A stretch of DNA of 64,000 bases from Chlorokybus atmophyticus. Its lineage: Eukaryota; Plantae; Mesostigma and Chlorokybus algae. The stretch lies in assembly GCA_009103225.1 (NCBI GenBank), contig RHPI01002262.1, forward strand, positions 284,080-348,079, written 5' to 3'. The position numbers and the translations under genes were made by a program. The notes under the pieces were generated by a model. It was given only the letters and a program-made list of their open reading frames with translations. It made no database searches and was not told the DNA's origin. Positions 52,121 through 64,000 of the stretch are shown here, piece after piece; the stretch's first letter is position 1; the number at the start of each line of letters is the position of its first letter.

Positions 52121-55100
52121 TCAAGCAGCACCTTTCAAAGCACCATAGTAGAGCTCGATGTAATCCAATGCAGGCAGGTTCCAAGACCAATCCTGGTCCA
52201 TGACTGTTTTCTGCAACTCGTGAAACTTCTCACGATCAGAGTACCACATGTTCATCGCCCTGTTATGCATACATCCCAGTATAAGCCAAGCAGAGGGCAT
52301 GCTGCTGACCGACGCATCTGTAATGGGAACATACCGATTCATTGCATAGTCAAGGCCAGGGGCATCCGTTCCATCGAAACTGAACCCATTTGGCTGAAGA
52401 CACAGTGCATTGGCCCTCTCACCATCGTGGTCAACATCCAACACAGTGTCATTGAGGCCTGCACAGCAGATGTCAGGCATCACGGGTAAGGGTTGGTGCG
52501 ACGCAGTTTGAAAGCACATGTTTTTGAATTGGTCAGGTGCAGTGATTGCGCTAGTGGTACATTGGTACACTGAAAAACAACAATATAGGAGGGAAGGGGC
52601 TTACCGCCAGTTCGGCGAACAACTGGGATGGCACCATATCGCATGGCAATCAGTTGTGTCAGTCCGCAGGGTTCGAACTGCCAGCAGCATATGACGGAGT
52701 ATTAGTGTTGGAGGACAAGTTCTATTGTGCCAACAAGATGCACCTGCACTGACCATGGAGGGGACAATGACAATGTCGGAGCCAGCGTATATCAAGTGCG
52801 ACAGAGGCTCATCATAAGACAGGTACAGCCGCGCATTGTGGTTGTTCTGCGCTGAAAGCTGGCGTGCAAGCAAAACAAACTCATTCTGCACGCGCGGATC
52901 TGGAGCAGATCCCAGCAGCACCACCTGGAATCAAATGCATGAGACACAGACGCTGGCACATGATAGATTGCGCATACGCAGTAGTGAGGTGGAAGTGGAA
53001 TAATTGCAGGATGGTTGCAGGCCCGATCAAGCAACCTCTCATTCTGTACTAGCAGCTATAAGACAGTACCTGACCGGATCGATCAAGTGTCCGCCATATG
53101 GCATGCTTGATGAGGTGAATGCCTTTCTGTGCTGTCAAACGTGTCACAATGCCGATCACGGGCTTGTTCTCATCCATATCCAAGTCTAGCCTTCTCCGCA
53201 GCTCTTCCCTTGCCTTGCGCTTGCCCTCGACTAGCTCATCTGATGTGTACAGCATCTAGCAAAGCAAGGGGGGAGGGAAACGCGAGTGAGTCCATGCTGT
53301 GAACTCAAAGCAATACACCACACAAATAACACGAGCTGGCACACACCGGCAAGAACTTGTCGTCAGCCGGATCCCACAAGTCGATGTCAATGCCGTTCCG
53401 AATGCCGTAAAACTTATTTACATGGGGTGCGATCACCGGCTGTCCGCTCACTTCATTGCGATACGTGGGTGACACCTGAGGAAACTGTCATTAGACCTGC
53501 CAGTGACTTATGCCACAAGCCAGCAGTACTGCATCTTGCGCACCGTGGTTGCCATCTGGCAGTGCGCCATCGCTTCTCCAATGAGGTTTGTGCCATAGTT
53601 AAGATTGTGAATGGTGAAGATGACCTTAGCGCCAGGCATGCTGTTCATGTAATTCTGCGAGTACAGCCTGGCAACTGGTGCACTGGACCAGTCGTGGCAG
53701 TGAAGTATGTTTGGCTTGCGTCCAGACCTGTACAAGCAGAGAGTCACGATAAGACTGTCACACGATAAACTGGTCGCATGCATACCTACACAGCAGCATA
53801 TTGGAGGGCTTGAGCGGGCGGGTGCATGCATTGTCAAGAAAAGGAAACCCATGCAGCACACGATACGAAACTTGCACATACACAGGTTGAGTGCATGTTC
53901 ACAAGCGCATGCGATCAGCATTCAATGAACGCCTCAAATGGCATGCGCCGCATGATAGTTGCATTCCCTGTTGGAGCCCAACATATACTCAGTCATACTA
54001 TGACAGCAATGCGCTCTGAGTGCACCGTTAACTTGCAGCATGCACTTGGTACCTTTGCAGCCACTCCAGGGCTGCATGACAGAAGAATCCAAAGCGTTGT
54101 GCATCGTTTGGCCTTCCGTAGACGCACTTGGCCCACACCATTCCATTCAAGGGTTCCATGAAGTACACGGGGATATCCTCTACCTCTCCAAACCAAACCT
54201 TCACTTGAGTCCCTCCCCAGGCAAACGCTTCAACCTCTATTAGGTTATGTATCTGCGCAGCAAGTCGCTTTTGTTTTCCGAATGTCTCCACAACCAAACC
54301 TGCCAAACGGTTAACTGCAAGCGGTTTTACCTGTGTGTAGTCAAGGACGTCATATTTCGGCAGGATGACCTCCACTTTGTGGCCAACCTGCAAACACCAA
54401 TGTAATTGATGTAGTCATTCTGTTGCAGCAGGCAGTTGGTACGAACACCGCGTGCACCTACCTCCTTTACAGCCCTGGCCAGCCCGGTGACGACATCACC
54501 AAGCCCGCCAACCTGTTTAGCGCAAACATCGTGCTGTGGACTGACACAAGGGACGGCACAATGTGGCATGTTGCTGTCTGGGTTTTGAGCTTACCTTGGC
54601 GATGGGGGCCATTTCAACAGCAACATGGACAACATGAAGAGGCGGCTCTTGCCGCAAACTGCCAAACACGGGCACATGATAATCAAGGCCATGGTTGTTG
54701 TCGTAAAAGCCACCGAGAAGATCCCCCGTGTCCGAGAACACAAAGTCCATGACGTAAGCGTCCCGTGGCACATTGACTGCAATGACAAGCTGTCTGAATG
54801 GGATAGCTGCAACCAAAGGCAACAACATTGGGCCGGGTAAAACAGGGGCTGACCAGTGCTTTTGAGGTGCGTGCTGTTTGGTATGGGTTCCATCTTTTGC
54901 GGTATAAAACACATGCGATGGGACCTAAAGATGATAAACAAGCACGTGAACAACATCAGTGTTTTGTACAGGTTGGAGAAGAGATTGTTGATGGCTTAAT
55001 AGCAAAAGAATTGGTGTATTAGAGGTCATGGGCCATACCATCTATTCCACGACCCGCGAATCCAGACATCCCTGCAGACGGATCCAAGCAGTGAGTGCTA

Positions 55101-58100
55101 CAACGCGCAAAGCCAGGACAAAGCCGCTGATGCAGGCGATGCCAGCCTACCGTTTGCCGGCCATCACCGTGGCATCCGGGTTGTAAAAGACAGTAACAGG
55201 TTCGCCAGCTTGGCAAACTGAGGGCTCTGTGTACAGCATGCGGCGCTGCTGGCGCAAGAATAAATCTGGCAGGCAACAGGCAAAGTTGTGAGTTCAACAA
55301 TGCCTCAATAGGAGCGCCATAGCGGATTGTGCCACCATCTGTACCTTTTGCCAGGGCTTTCAGCTGTCCCTTTTTCCGATCGCGCTTCTCCCTCTGCCGA
55401 TGGAGCTGAGTGAGAGCCACTACACGAGCACATGGGCAGGACAAATACAACAACACACAGCAGCTCTATGCCACAAGGGCGGACAAACCTGCTAATTTGC
55501 GCACAAAAAGCACATACATGCCATGCAACTAGCGAAAGCTAAGGACGTACGTACCCGCACTTGCGCTTCAGCTTCGGCTTTCTCGCGAGCAATGCGCAGA
55601 TCTTCCATAAGCTGTCCCGCAAGCTGGCCGTAAAACTCATCAGGACTTGGGCCATCTTGCACAGCAATCTGAAAATCAAATCCGTTGTTGTTGTCATAAA
55701 TGCCCTGTCCTGGCTGGTCTGACGTGCTGAGCACAAAGTTTATGAGGAAGGCATCCTTTGGAACTTCCACTGCACAAGAAAAAACACTTTGTAAGTTGCA
55801 GGTGCCATACAACTGCATGCGACCTAGCTGTGATGACTTACTCTGGACTTTCCACCACCTGCATACAGGAAAAAAAATCAATTTGAGTTCCAGATAGAAC
55901 CTCAGCCGAAACATGACGTAAACGCCTACCATGAGCCGTCAGCTGTCTGTATCTCCGGTGCCATCTGCATTCTTAGCAGCCTTGCCTTTCGATGCACCCA
56001 GTTATTGTACCCAACATGAAGAAATAAATCACCCTGTTGCAACAGAGTTCGAGTGAGAAACGTTTGGTGAACACAGTAGTCGCGCAGCACACAAACATGT
56101 AGTTATAGCGCGAAGTACCCAAGTGGCTATTGCTTACAGGGGTGTCCTTCAGACTGCGGGAGTTTCGGTTGTAGTACAGAGTGCAAGTGCCTCCAGCTTG
56201 CACATCAAACGGGTCAACGTAGTACACCGAGTTCATCCAAGGATGCGCTGCAGCAAGCTTTCCCAGTGCCTTCTCCTTCATTGCTGCAGCCTGGTGCATG
56301 ACCGTGGAAGGTTCAGTAAAGTGTAATCACTTGTGCAGGCATTGTTCAGAACAGTTGCAGACCAAGTACCTGTGCCACGGCAGCATCTTTTTCACTTTGA
56401 ATTCGCTCTTGGGCAGCTCTTACAAGGCGCTCTTCCAACTCTTTTTGCTGTTGCTCAGCCTGGTAGATTGGCACTCAATCAGCATGAATGTCATGCCAAG
56501 GAGGTTGCCATGGCACCTGTCAGCATACACAATATGCAGCATCCGCCTGCTCACCCGCAACCGAGCCTCTACTTCCTGTCGCGTCCTCTCCTCTTCCAAC
56601 CGCAGCTCCTCTGCCTCCTGGGCTTTCTGTAGCAGAAAGCGGTCGAAACCTTCTGGAGTCATATCGCCCTGCAAACACCAAAACAAACTGTAAGCAATCA
56701 ACACGCTAGCATGCTCTGCACTCAAGGAGTGTTCAAGTGCAACAGTACAACCTCAATGTCCACCACATAGTCTCGCCCGTAGTTGTTGTCCCATTGCGCC
56801 CCACCATCAGTAAGCACGAACTTGAAGTTGTATGCCTCCTCAGGCACGTAAACTAGAGGCAACCATGTTTGGTCACGTGGTACAGATATCAACACCGGCC
56901 AGATCCTCCAATGCATGGCTGTTAATGAAGGCGGCACAAGAAGACAACCAGTACGTACAGCAGTATGTACCTGAGCTTGACAACCAATTGTCTCTGTCCT
57001 CTTGTAGTACATCTGTCGGCTGCAATTGCTGGCGCAAGGCGTTCCAGCTCCAATCATTGAATGCGCCTTGCATTATGACTTGCTGCGGGAAGGACATGCC
57101 ACTTTTCCTGATGTTGTAAAAAATAGTGGCGGATGACCCTGCCTTCAGTGACTCTGCGTGGAAAGTGCAATGTTAACAGCTCTTCCTCACAGTCAGTAGA
57201 GTTCAAGCCTTGAGCTGTGATCAACCCAGGATCATGACTCAGCTGACGGCACCTGGCAGGGTAAAGAAGTTCTGATCGCTGTTTGCAGCAGCAGCAGCAA
57301 CAACTTGTTCCCGAAACTGTGCATGTTCCTCAGCTTCCACTCTTGCGCGTTCTTCAGTTGCGACTTGTTCATGCGCTTGAGCTTGCCTTCGCTCCTCATT
57401 CTCTGCCAGTCCTTATAAGTTCACCTTCACATGCTCTTGTGGTTGCAACCTAGCGGCTGCTCATCATTGGATTGCCCAGTACCTTGCTGAGTTTGCGAGT
57501 AAACAGCATCTGGTGCAGCAACAGCAATGCCTCCATTGCCCGTGTGGCCATCATCTTCAAGCGTCGATGACGCTCCATCAGTGCCGTCAGCCTACATGCA
57601 CACAACATGATGCCAAACAAGTCCCACCAAGCTGCTGTGATTGCAATTGCTTGCAACATTCTGCAGCCAACCTTGTCATCCAGTAATATCGCGTCCTGCG
57701 TTGCACCATTCGCAGAGACAGCGTTGGTGCCTTTGGAAAGTGCAGGTAGTGCTTGATCTGCCTCATCACCACGCACTCTTATAGCCCTAGAACCAACTGT
57801 GCGCGTGACAGCTCTGGCATCCCCGCGTGCAGCCTGGCTGCGACGCTGAGCGCTCGTCTCCTCAGCAATTCGAGTCGCTCGTTGTTTAGCGCGTGCCGAC
57901 CGCTCCTGTTGAGGTGGGATCAGAAAGCAGCAAGGTGACAGTGCTTGTGACCCCCCACCCACCCACCCCCCACCCCGCATGTTGAATGATAACTGCGCGT
58001 GCATCTCTGCTCTTGGCTATCAATCCGCAAGCGCACACCAGATTACCAGACCTTTACTGACATAAGCATTTCCTCTAGCTGCTCAGGTGCTGAACCCTGC

Positions 58101-58540
58101 GTGAGCGACTCCCCAGAGGAGGAAACATTGTCGGAGTTGCTCCCGGTGCGACCCTCAGCTGCCAGCCGCCAAGACCGCTGACTACGAGGGAGCTGTGAGC
58201 TCAATTGCGTTGTGCTAGTCTCCGAGACACGGCTCACTGCACAACAAACTTGATCAAGCAGGACACGTAATGTCAGACCTTCTCCAGGATGCATGCAAGT
58301 TGCACCTACCTGATGCAGGAACGTGCCGACATGCTTCTGCACCCTGTGAGAGCATGTAAACAACGGTGTCAAGAAACACCGCACTATAATCTAATCCAAG
58401 TGTACAGCTGTACAGCTTGTCACCTGGTGTAAACGAGTGCCACGCAAGAACTCGCGGGTCAGACCAGGCGTGCGCCCTTTGGTGCGACCAGCAGAACGCA
58501 GCAATGCGTCTGCTGATGTGAGCACTGGCACCGCAGCCAT
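52121..58540 (-). CDS. SS3: Soluble starch synthase III (transit peptide, 3 starch-binding CBM modules, GT5 catalytic domain), ~22 exons
   Basis: Ser/Arg-rich N-terminus from ATG 58540. CBM repeats [25 protein letters not shown]...YDNNNGFDF and FVFSDTG...YDNNHGLDY. Catalytic VEMAPIAK|[76 protein letters not shown]. Confidence 0.95.
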
Positions 58541-59138
58541 TGTACGTGTGCCAATGTGCAACGCCGTCTCACGTTAAACGTGTTCTGCAGGCTGATAAAG
58601 GCAGGTGAGACCACTGCACCTCCCACAGTTGGTCAATGCATGGCCAACCTCGTGAAGCTGTTCACGCATGCAAGGTCAGCTCTCCGATTAGATAGTTTCC
58701 CCATAACAGCTAAACGACAGTACTTGCAGGCAGCTGATAGCAAGCACAGCATGTCCACATGTCTGGGAACGCTACTGCAGCAGGCGTTAACAGCGACGTC
58801 CAACAGCTTTCAGAGAGCCACGCAGACAGCAACGGCACCCCCTATGCACACGAATGACGAGCCTAGCCTCATGCAGGCTTGCCTTAGGGTACTACCCGTG
58901 AGTCGACAATCTCCACCGACTTTGAAGCAAACCCACACAATGCACTGCTTGTTCTACTCTTTGCATGCCCGGGCCACCCAGCGTGCTCTCAACGACGGAC
59001 AGCGCACACACCTGCCTTCAAAGCACGCACCTCCGTGTTCACGTAATCGTCCTCCACCCGCTGTCGCCGCCGCCACCGCGGCGGGCGACACCTCCGCCAC
59101 CACCACCACCACCAGCTGACCACTTGGCAGGCCGCAGA

Positions 59139-59147
59139 TTAGGGTTT
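59139..59147 (-). promoter_or_regulatory. Telo-box at the start of the putative non-coding first exon of SS3
   Basis: AAACCCTAA on the minus strand, followed by a GC-rich segment ending at a GTGCGT donor near 59030; lies in the short SS3/MFS divergent region. Confidence 0.5.
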
Positions 59148-59614
59148 GGCTCTGTGCTGTAAAAAGTCAAGAAAATTAGCAACATTTTCCAAGTCACATT
59201 GTTGCACGTCCATGCATTCTAAGGCGCTGATCGCTGGCAGGAATCAAGTGGCTTCACTGGGATGCATAGACACAGCGTGGCTAGAATTTCCATGTTTTCC
59301 CCCAGAAAAAAATGATTTGGGGCAATGATGGGTGCTTACGGTTGTTGTTCATTTTGTTTTGAATTTCTTTCTTGCCTGTTTTTCTTGACGTGTTTGGAGC
59401 AGCGAAACGCACCGCCATCACACTGAGCTATGCCAGTGTGATGGCGGTTGGCGGCCAGCTGGGCGGCGGCGTGGGTGGGTTCGGCGGCGGCGTGGGCTTG
59501 GGCGGCGGTGTGGTTGATGCGAGGGGTCTCAGAGTTGGAGCGAGGGGGGTGAGGGTGACGGCGGATCTGCGGTGGTGGGGAGGTAGACGGCAATGAGCCC
59601 GGGGGCAGCGTCGC

Positions 59615-62600
59615 ATGGCGACGACGGGGGCGCCGTTTGGAGGCGGCAGCGGCGGGGGTGTGCTTGCGGAGAGGGAGGAGCAGGCTGGGACAGGGGTCGG
59701 GGTCGCCTCCTCTAGTGCAGGTAGCAGCCTAGCCTCTGGACAGAGGCGTCTTGCGCCCAAGGCGCTCCGCATTAACGCCGACGGCGGTGCTGGACCCTCT
59801 GCAGTTGGTGGTGGCGCTGGCTCCGCTCCTATTGGGTCCGCACGCAGCAATACCAGCATTCTGCTTCGCTTGCTGAAGTGTGTTTCGCTATCCCGAACCA
59901 CCAAGGTGAGTGTGTACGGCGCAATTTTTTGCGTCGTGTGTGGGCTTAGGTGATGGCAATGCCGGTTTGAAATTTGTGAGAAGGCTGTCAACTGTCACAT
60001 AGCAATTCAGTATACAATCTAAGTATCAAAAAGTATCGCTAATCAACAACTGTCACATCAGGTGCAATGTTAACGAGCACATTGTTGCACTCTGGTATTG
60101 TCGACTATCAAGAAATCGACGACAAGATATTGCAGCACATGGGTTACTGCGTTGTGGTTGCAGGCTTAGGTCAGATAGTGTTTGCTTGCCAGCAATGCAT
60201 TACGACAACTGCGATATAACACATGCAGAGGGAGCAGTTAATTGTCGCCCTCGTGGAAATAGCAGCCTGTCCTGGCCTCGGGCCTTTGCTTAGGTTGAGC
60301 CTGTTAGCATTGCTGTCAACATAGCAGGTACTGTGCCGTACACCGCTGGATCTTCGTGCATCGTCTCATCGTTGTTTGCCTCACTGCCGAGCAGAATCTT
60401 AGTGCATTGAACAGTGGTCGCATGTGTTTCACTCGTGCTGTTGGACCATAGCTAGATCATTCCAAGAGATGTTTTTGTCTTGTCAACCTATGATACATTT
60501 TGTCAGGCATTTGTAGTGAAAGCCAGAAATCACTGCTTTTCATGTGGCCACCAGTGTTTAATGTCAAAGAGGTTTAGTATCTGACAGCAAGCTCCGTGTG
60601 ATCCATGTGCTGCGTGAACAACCTACAGGCACGACTGGAGATTGCTTGCATTGGGATGGGCATGCTTCTGTACCGTATGTGCTGCCTGTGGATGGAAGTC
60701 AACAAGCAGCAGTTTACATAAGTTCACTGAAGTTGTGCACACATGGATCAGTGCATCAGTGTGCAAGCAATTGTGTTGTGACAGTGCCGACCGTGCTTGG
60801 TGCATCTAGCTTGCAATAAGTTTGCATGGAATATACTCAATGTGTTGCCATGCTTCGTCTCTTATAATCTACTGACATTGTTTTTTGCCACAGCTATGGT
60901 TCGCATGCAATGCGCTCCTCTTCATAGACGCAGTCATGTATGCAATTGTGGCACCCTTCTTGAGTCTACAAGCAGAGAAGCTCAACGCCTCGTCTCTTTT
61001 GACGGGCATCACCTTCTCAATCTACTCGGTGGCTGTGATGTTGGGCTCGGCACCAGCTGGCCTTCTCTCAGCAAGACTGGGAAGGCGCACGATGATGGCG
61101 ATGGGAGTCTCCATTGTGTCCATCTCATGCATCTTTTTTGGCCTGGTGCCCATCCTCTACGCGCAGAGTAGCTTGGCCGTTGTGTTTACACTGTTTATCG
61201 TCTGCCGTGGAGCGCAGGTACGTGGTTGGTTGTGCACAGGCATGATATCGCTCATGCTCAGCACACATTGCATGATTAACAACACCTGTGTACCACACCT
61301 GTATATTAGCGGAATCCGCATCAAGTGTTGCTTATTCTACTCAGGGCTTAGGAGCATCCTGTATAGAGACGTCAAGTATGGCGTTGCTGTGTGACACCTT
61401 TCCAGACTCAGTGGGCTCTGTTATGGGAACCGCCGAAGCCTGCATGGGTGCAGGGTTGATGGCAGGAGCACCCCTTGGAGGGGTGAGTTATCTCATTTGA
61501 ATGGAAACATGCCTCTGAGCTTGGGCTTCAAGGCTCACATTGCTAAGCTTTTCTGCAGATTCTGTATGAATGGGGTGGGTTCTCCCTTCCCTTCCTGGTG
61601 ACAGGCTCTCTCCCCCTTTTCCTGTTCCTGTTCACCTACTCGCACATCCCGTTCAACAGACCCGGACTGCATGGCAAGGTCAATGCTCCGCTATCCTCAA
61701 TACTGTCGACGCCGATGCTCGTCACTTGCCTAGCTGTAGTGCTCAACTCCGCGGTATACGGGTTTCTGGATGTGGCTGTGCCACCAAGGCTCGCCAACCT
61801 GCACAACCTGAAGCCATACCATATTGGGTGAGCCCCCCCCCCACCCACCCACCAACACACACACACACACACACACACACCACTACCCAAGACACCCAAC
61901 ACACATGCGCACATGCGTATGCGTATGCGTATGCGCACACATAAAAAACATATCACGAACACACAGAATGACATATGCACACGCATCCATTCTTGGAAGG
62001 GAGACAACACTAGTTGTGCATACGTCATCGCGCAATCGCGTGGTAGTGCTTGCATGTTCATCAGTTGCCAGGAAGGTGGTAGTGTAGTTTGGCAATGCAT
62101 CTGTGTCGCCGAGAGTACAAGTCAAAACGTTACTGTAGTGAACCCATGCACGGTAAATCTTGCTGGGCTGAACACTGGAATAGCTGAATCAAAACCAGGT
62201 TGAGCCTGGCAAATGCTGCAGTAGCTCATCAGTGTCACGCAAGAGGTGTTTGGCGCTGGCATTTGTACCACAGCTGACTATGGTATGGACTTGTGTTGTG
62301 CAGGTTTGTGTTTGGCGTCATGGCCTTGGTGTACACGCTTTCGTCGATACCTGTAGGGCGGTTGTCGGACCGGGTGCGAAGGAAGTATCTCATTGCGATT
62401 GGCTGCCTCATGATGAGCATTGGGTTTTGGGGCATTGACCCCACGACATTTCTGCCTGTGCCTTCATTATATGTACGTGCCCGCGCATGCTGCACTGTTG
62501 GTCATGACATGCAGGGGATGCCGTACACTGTGGGCACTGCCATTTGCACATGTTCATGTGGTCTCAATGAGAAAACCGAGGAGAGAGCCTAACAGCATAT

Positions 62601-63385
62601 GTGCTCAGGTGCTGTTGTCCTCAATGATGTTGATCGGCATGGGCAGTGCAGTTTCACTGGTACGTGTCTCGCGCTGCATATGTTCTCTTTGCATCTGTTG
62701 ACGCTCTGTGTGCGCGTGGTGGCAATGTGCTTATTCTCTATACATAGTTGCTACCAGCTTGATAGATAGCATGAGAGTCTCTTATTGTCCTGCAACCTAG
62801 GCGCATTTACCGCATCGCTGACCCATGAGTTCAACTCATGCAGGTGCCAGTGTTGCCACACATGCTGGACTGCGTCGGTGGCGGCCATGAGAACGTGGTC
62901 AACGCCGTGTCGGGCCTGTTTGGATCGGCCTACTACCTCGGGGAGGCCATCGGGCCAATTATGGGCTCTGCGCTCACCGACGCGATTGGCTTCAAGTGGG
63001 GGGCAGCATTCTTTGGGTCACTCTGCGCAACATGTAAGTGTGCTGAACCACACTCTGTAACATCAATTCCAATGTCATTGCCTTGGAACAAGTAAACCAC
63101 TCTCAGCAGAAAATGTTCACTCTGTGGCATTCGCTGTTTGACGTGTATCAGTCAATTGTTAACAAGCAGCTGCTGTCATGGTCCATCTGAACAGTTCTGT
63201 GCAGTGCTTGCTTGTCCCACTCGTGAACCTGCATGTCTAGTATGTCGGTTTCTGACTCGAGTGTGTATGCAGCTGGAGCCCTCATTTTGCTGCCCTTGAA
63301 GCATAGAACATCCCAAGCCCCGAAGTCGCCAGTCCAACAGCTAGACATAGACAGCTCAGATGATAAAACGCCGCTGTTGTTGTGA
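59615..63385 (+). CDS. MFS transporter of the SLC18 (vesicular amine/polyamine, SLC18B1-like) type, ~8 exons
   Basis: Exon 1 MATTGAPFGGG...LSRTTK|; TM exons LLFIDAVMYAIVAPFL, AGLLSARLGRRTMM (motif A), GTAEACMGAGLMAGAPLGG, GRLSDRVRRKYLIAIG (second motif A), AYYLGEAIGPIMGSAL; last exon ends DSSDDKTPLLL*. Confidence 0.85.
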
Positions 63386-64000
63386 CCCTAGTACTGATGT
63401 TGTGCCCTATTGTGCTTTAAAATCTACTGTTGCTTATTTCCCTATGTGTGTGCCGTGAGGGAGAGGAGCTCTTTCACAACCGCAAGTTTGAAACACGCAC
63501 GAACCGTTATACCATATGAACCACCGAGCGTGCCTTGTGCGCCAAGGCAGTAGCCGCTGGTCATGCATACAACTACTGGCAGCATATCCTGTACACCTCG
63601 ACAGCAAACAATGTGGCTGGAATGCAGAGAGAGTGTGTCAATTGCTTTCAGGAAACAGGTGTGGATTTGTCCTGCATTGCATAGTCTCCTGTTCTGGTAC
63701 TGCTGCATTTGCAGTTCTTGGGCGGTCTCTGCTGTCTTTGATTGTATTCGACTGTGTGTTTGCTGCCTCACGGATGCGTAAGGTTCACATTCGACGCACA
63801 CACAACGCATTGCGCACACCACAAGCAAGGGCAGACCTGATGGGCAGGCAGGAGATGAACACTGTGAGTGTGTGCACACAGTGAGAGTAGATATAGCGCT
63901 TACGAATTTGTCACAGTCATTACGCTTACTGCTAACACTGTTTATCTTTCCGTACGCGTCCTACAACAATAATGATATTATGTACAAGACCCTCCAAACC

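Noticed and set aside
59428-59991. 187-aa Pro-rich minus-strand ORF as the SS3 start
   Set aside because: Antisense to the GC-rich MFS exon 1 and 5'UTR; SS3 has a coherent start at 58540.

Overview
Eukaryotic, intron-rich nuclear DNA from a green-lineage alga, read in the standard genetic code. Starch synthase III, a plant-type PANK2, a MER3 ending SIFSFL and telo-boxes point to Viridiplantae, possibly an early-diverging streptophyte alga (inference only). Ten spliced genes could be traced by hand: a small coiled-coil protein (+), a LAG1 ceramide synthase (-), a NOL8-like RRM protein (+), the meiotic helicase MER3 (-), UBE2S/UBC22 (+), a peroxisomal hot-dog thioesterase (+), pantothenate kinase-DUF89 PANK2 (-), a three-PAS hybrid histidine kinase (-), soluble starch synthase III (-) and an SLC18-like MFS transporter (+). 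AT-rich, TpG/CpA-rich gaps hold LTR-retroelement relics. The most striking observations are: (1) a 605-bp miniature LTR element (TRIM) with 79-bp LTRs, an extra inverted LTR that gives it U5-type ends on both sides, a TATAT duplication around the whole unit, and a tRNA-type A-box/B-box pair spanning the LTR-PBS junction; (2) a larger decayed gag-bearing element sharing its PBS and first 8 LTR bases; (3) a tandem array of about 70-90-nt hairpins upstream of UBE2S; (4) at least eight GC-AG introns. Exon boundaries were derived by eye and gene names from recalled family motifs; no database search was run.
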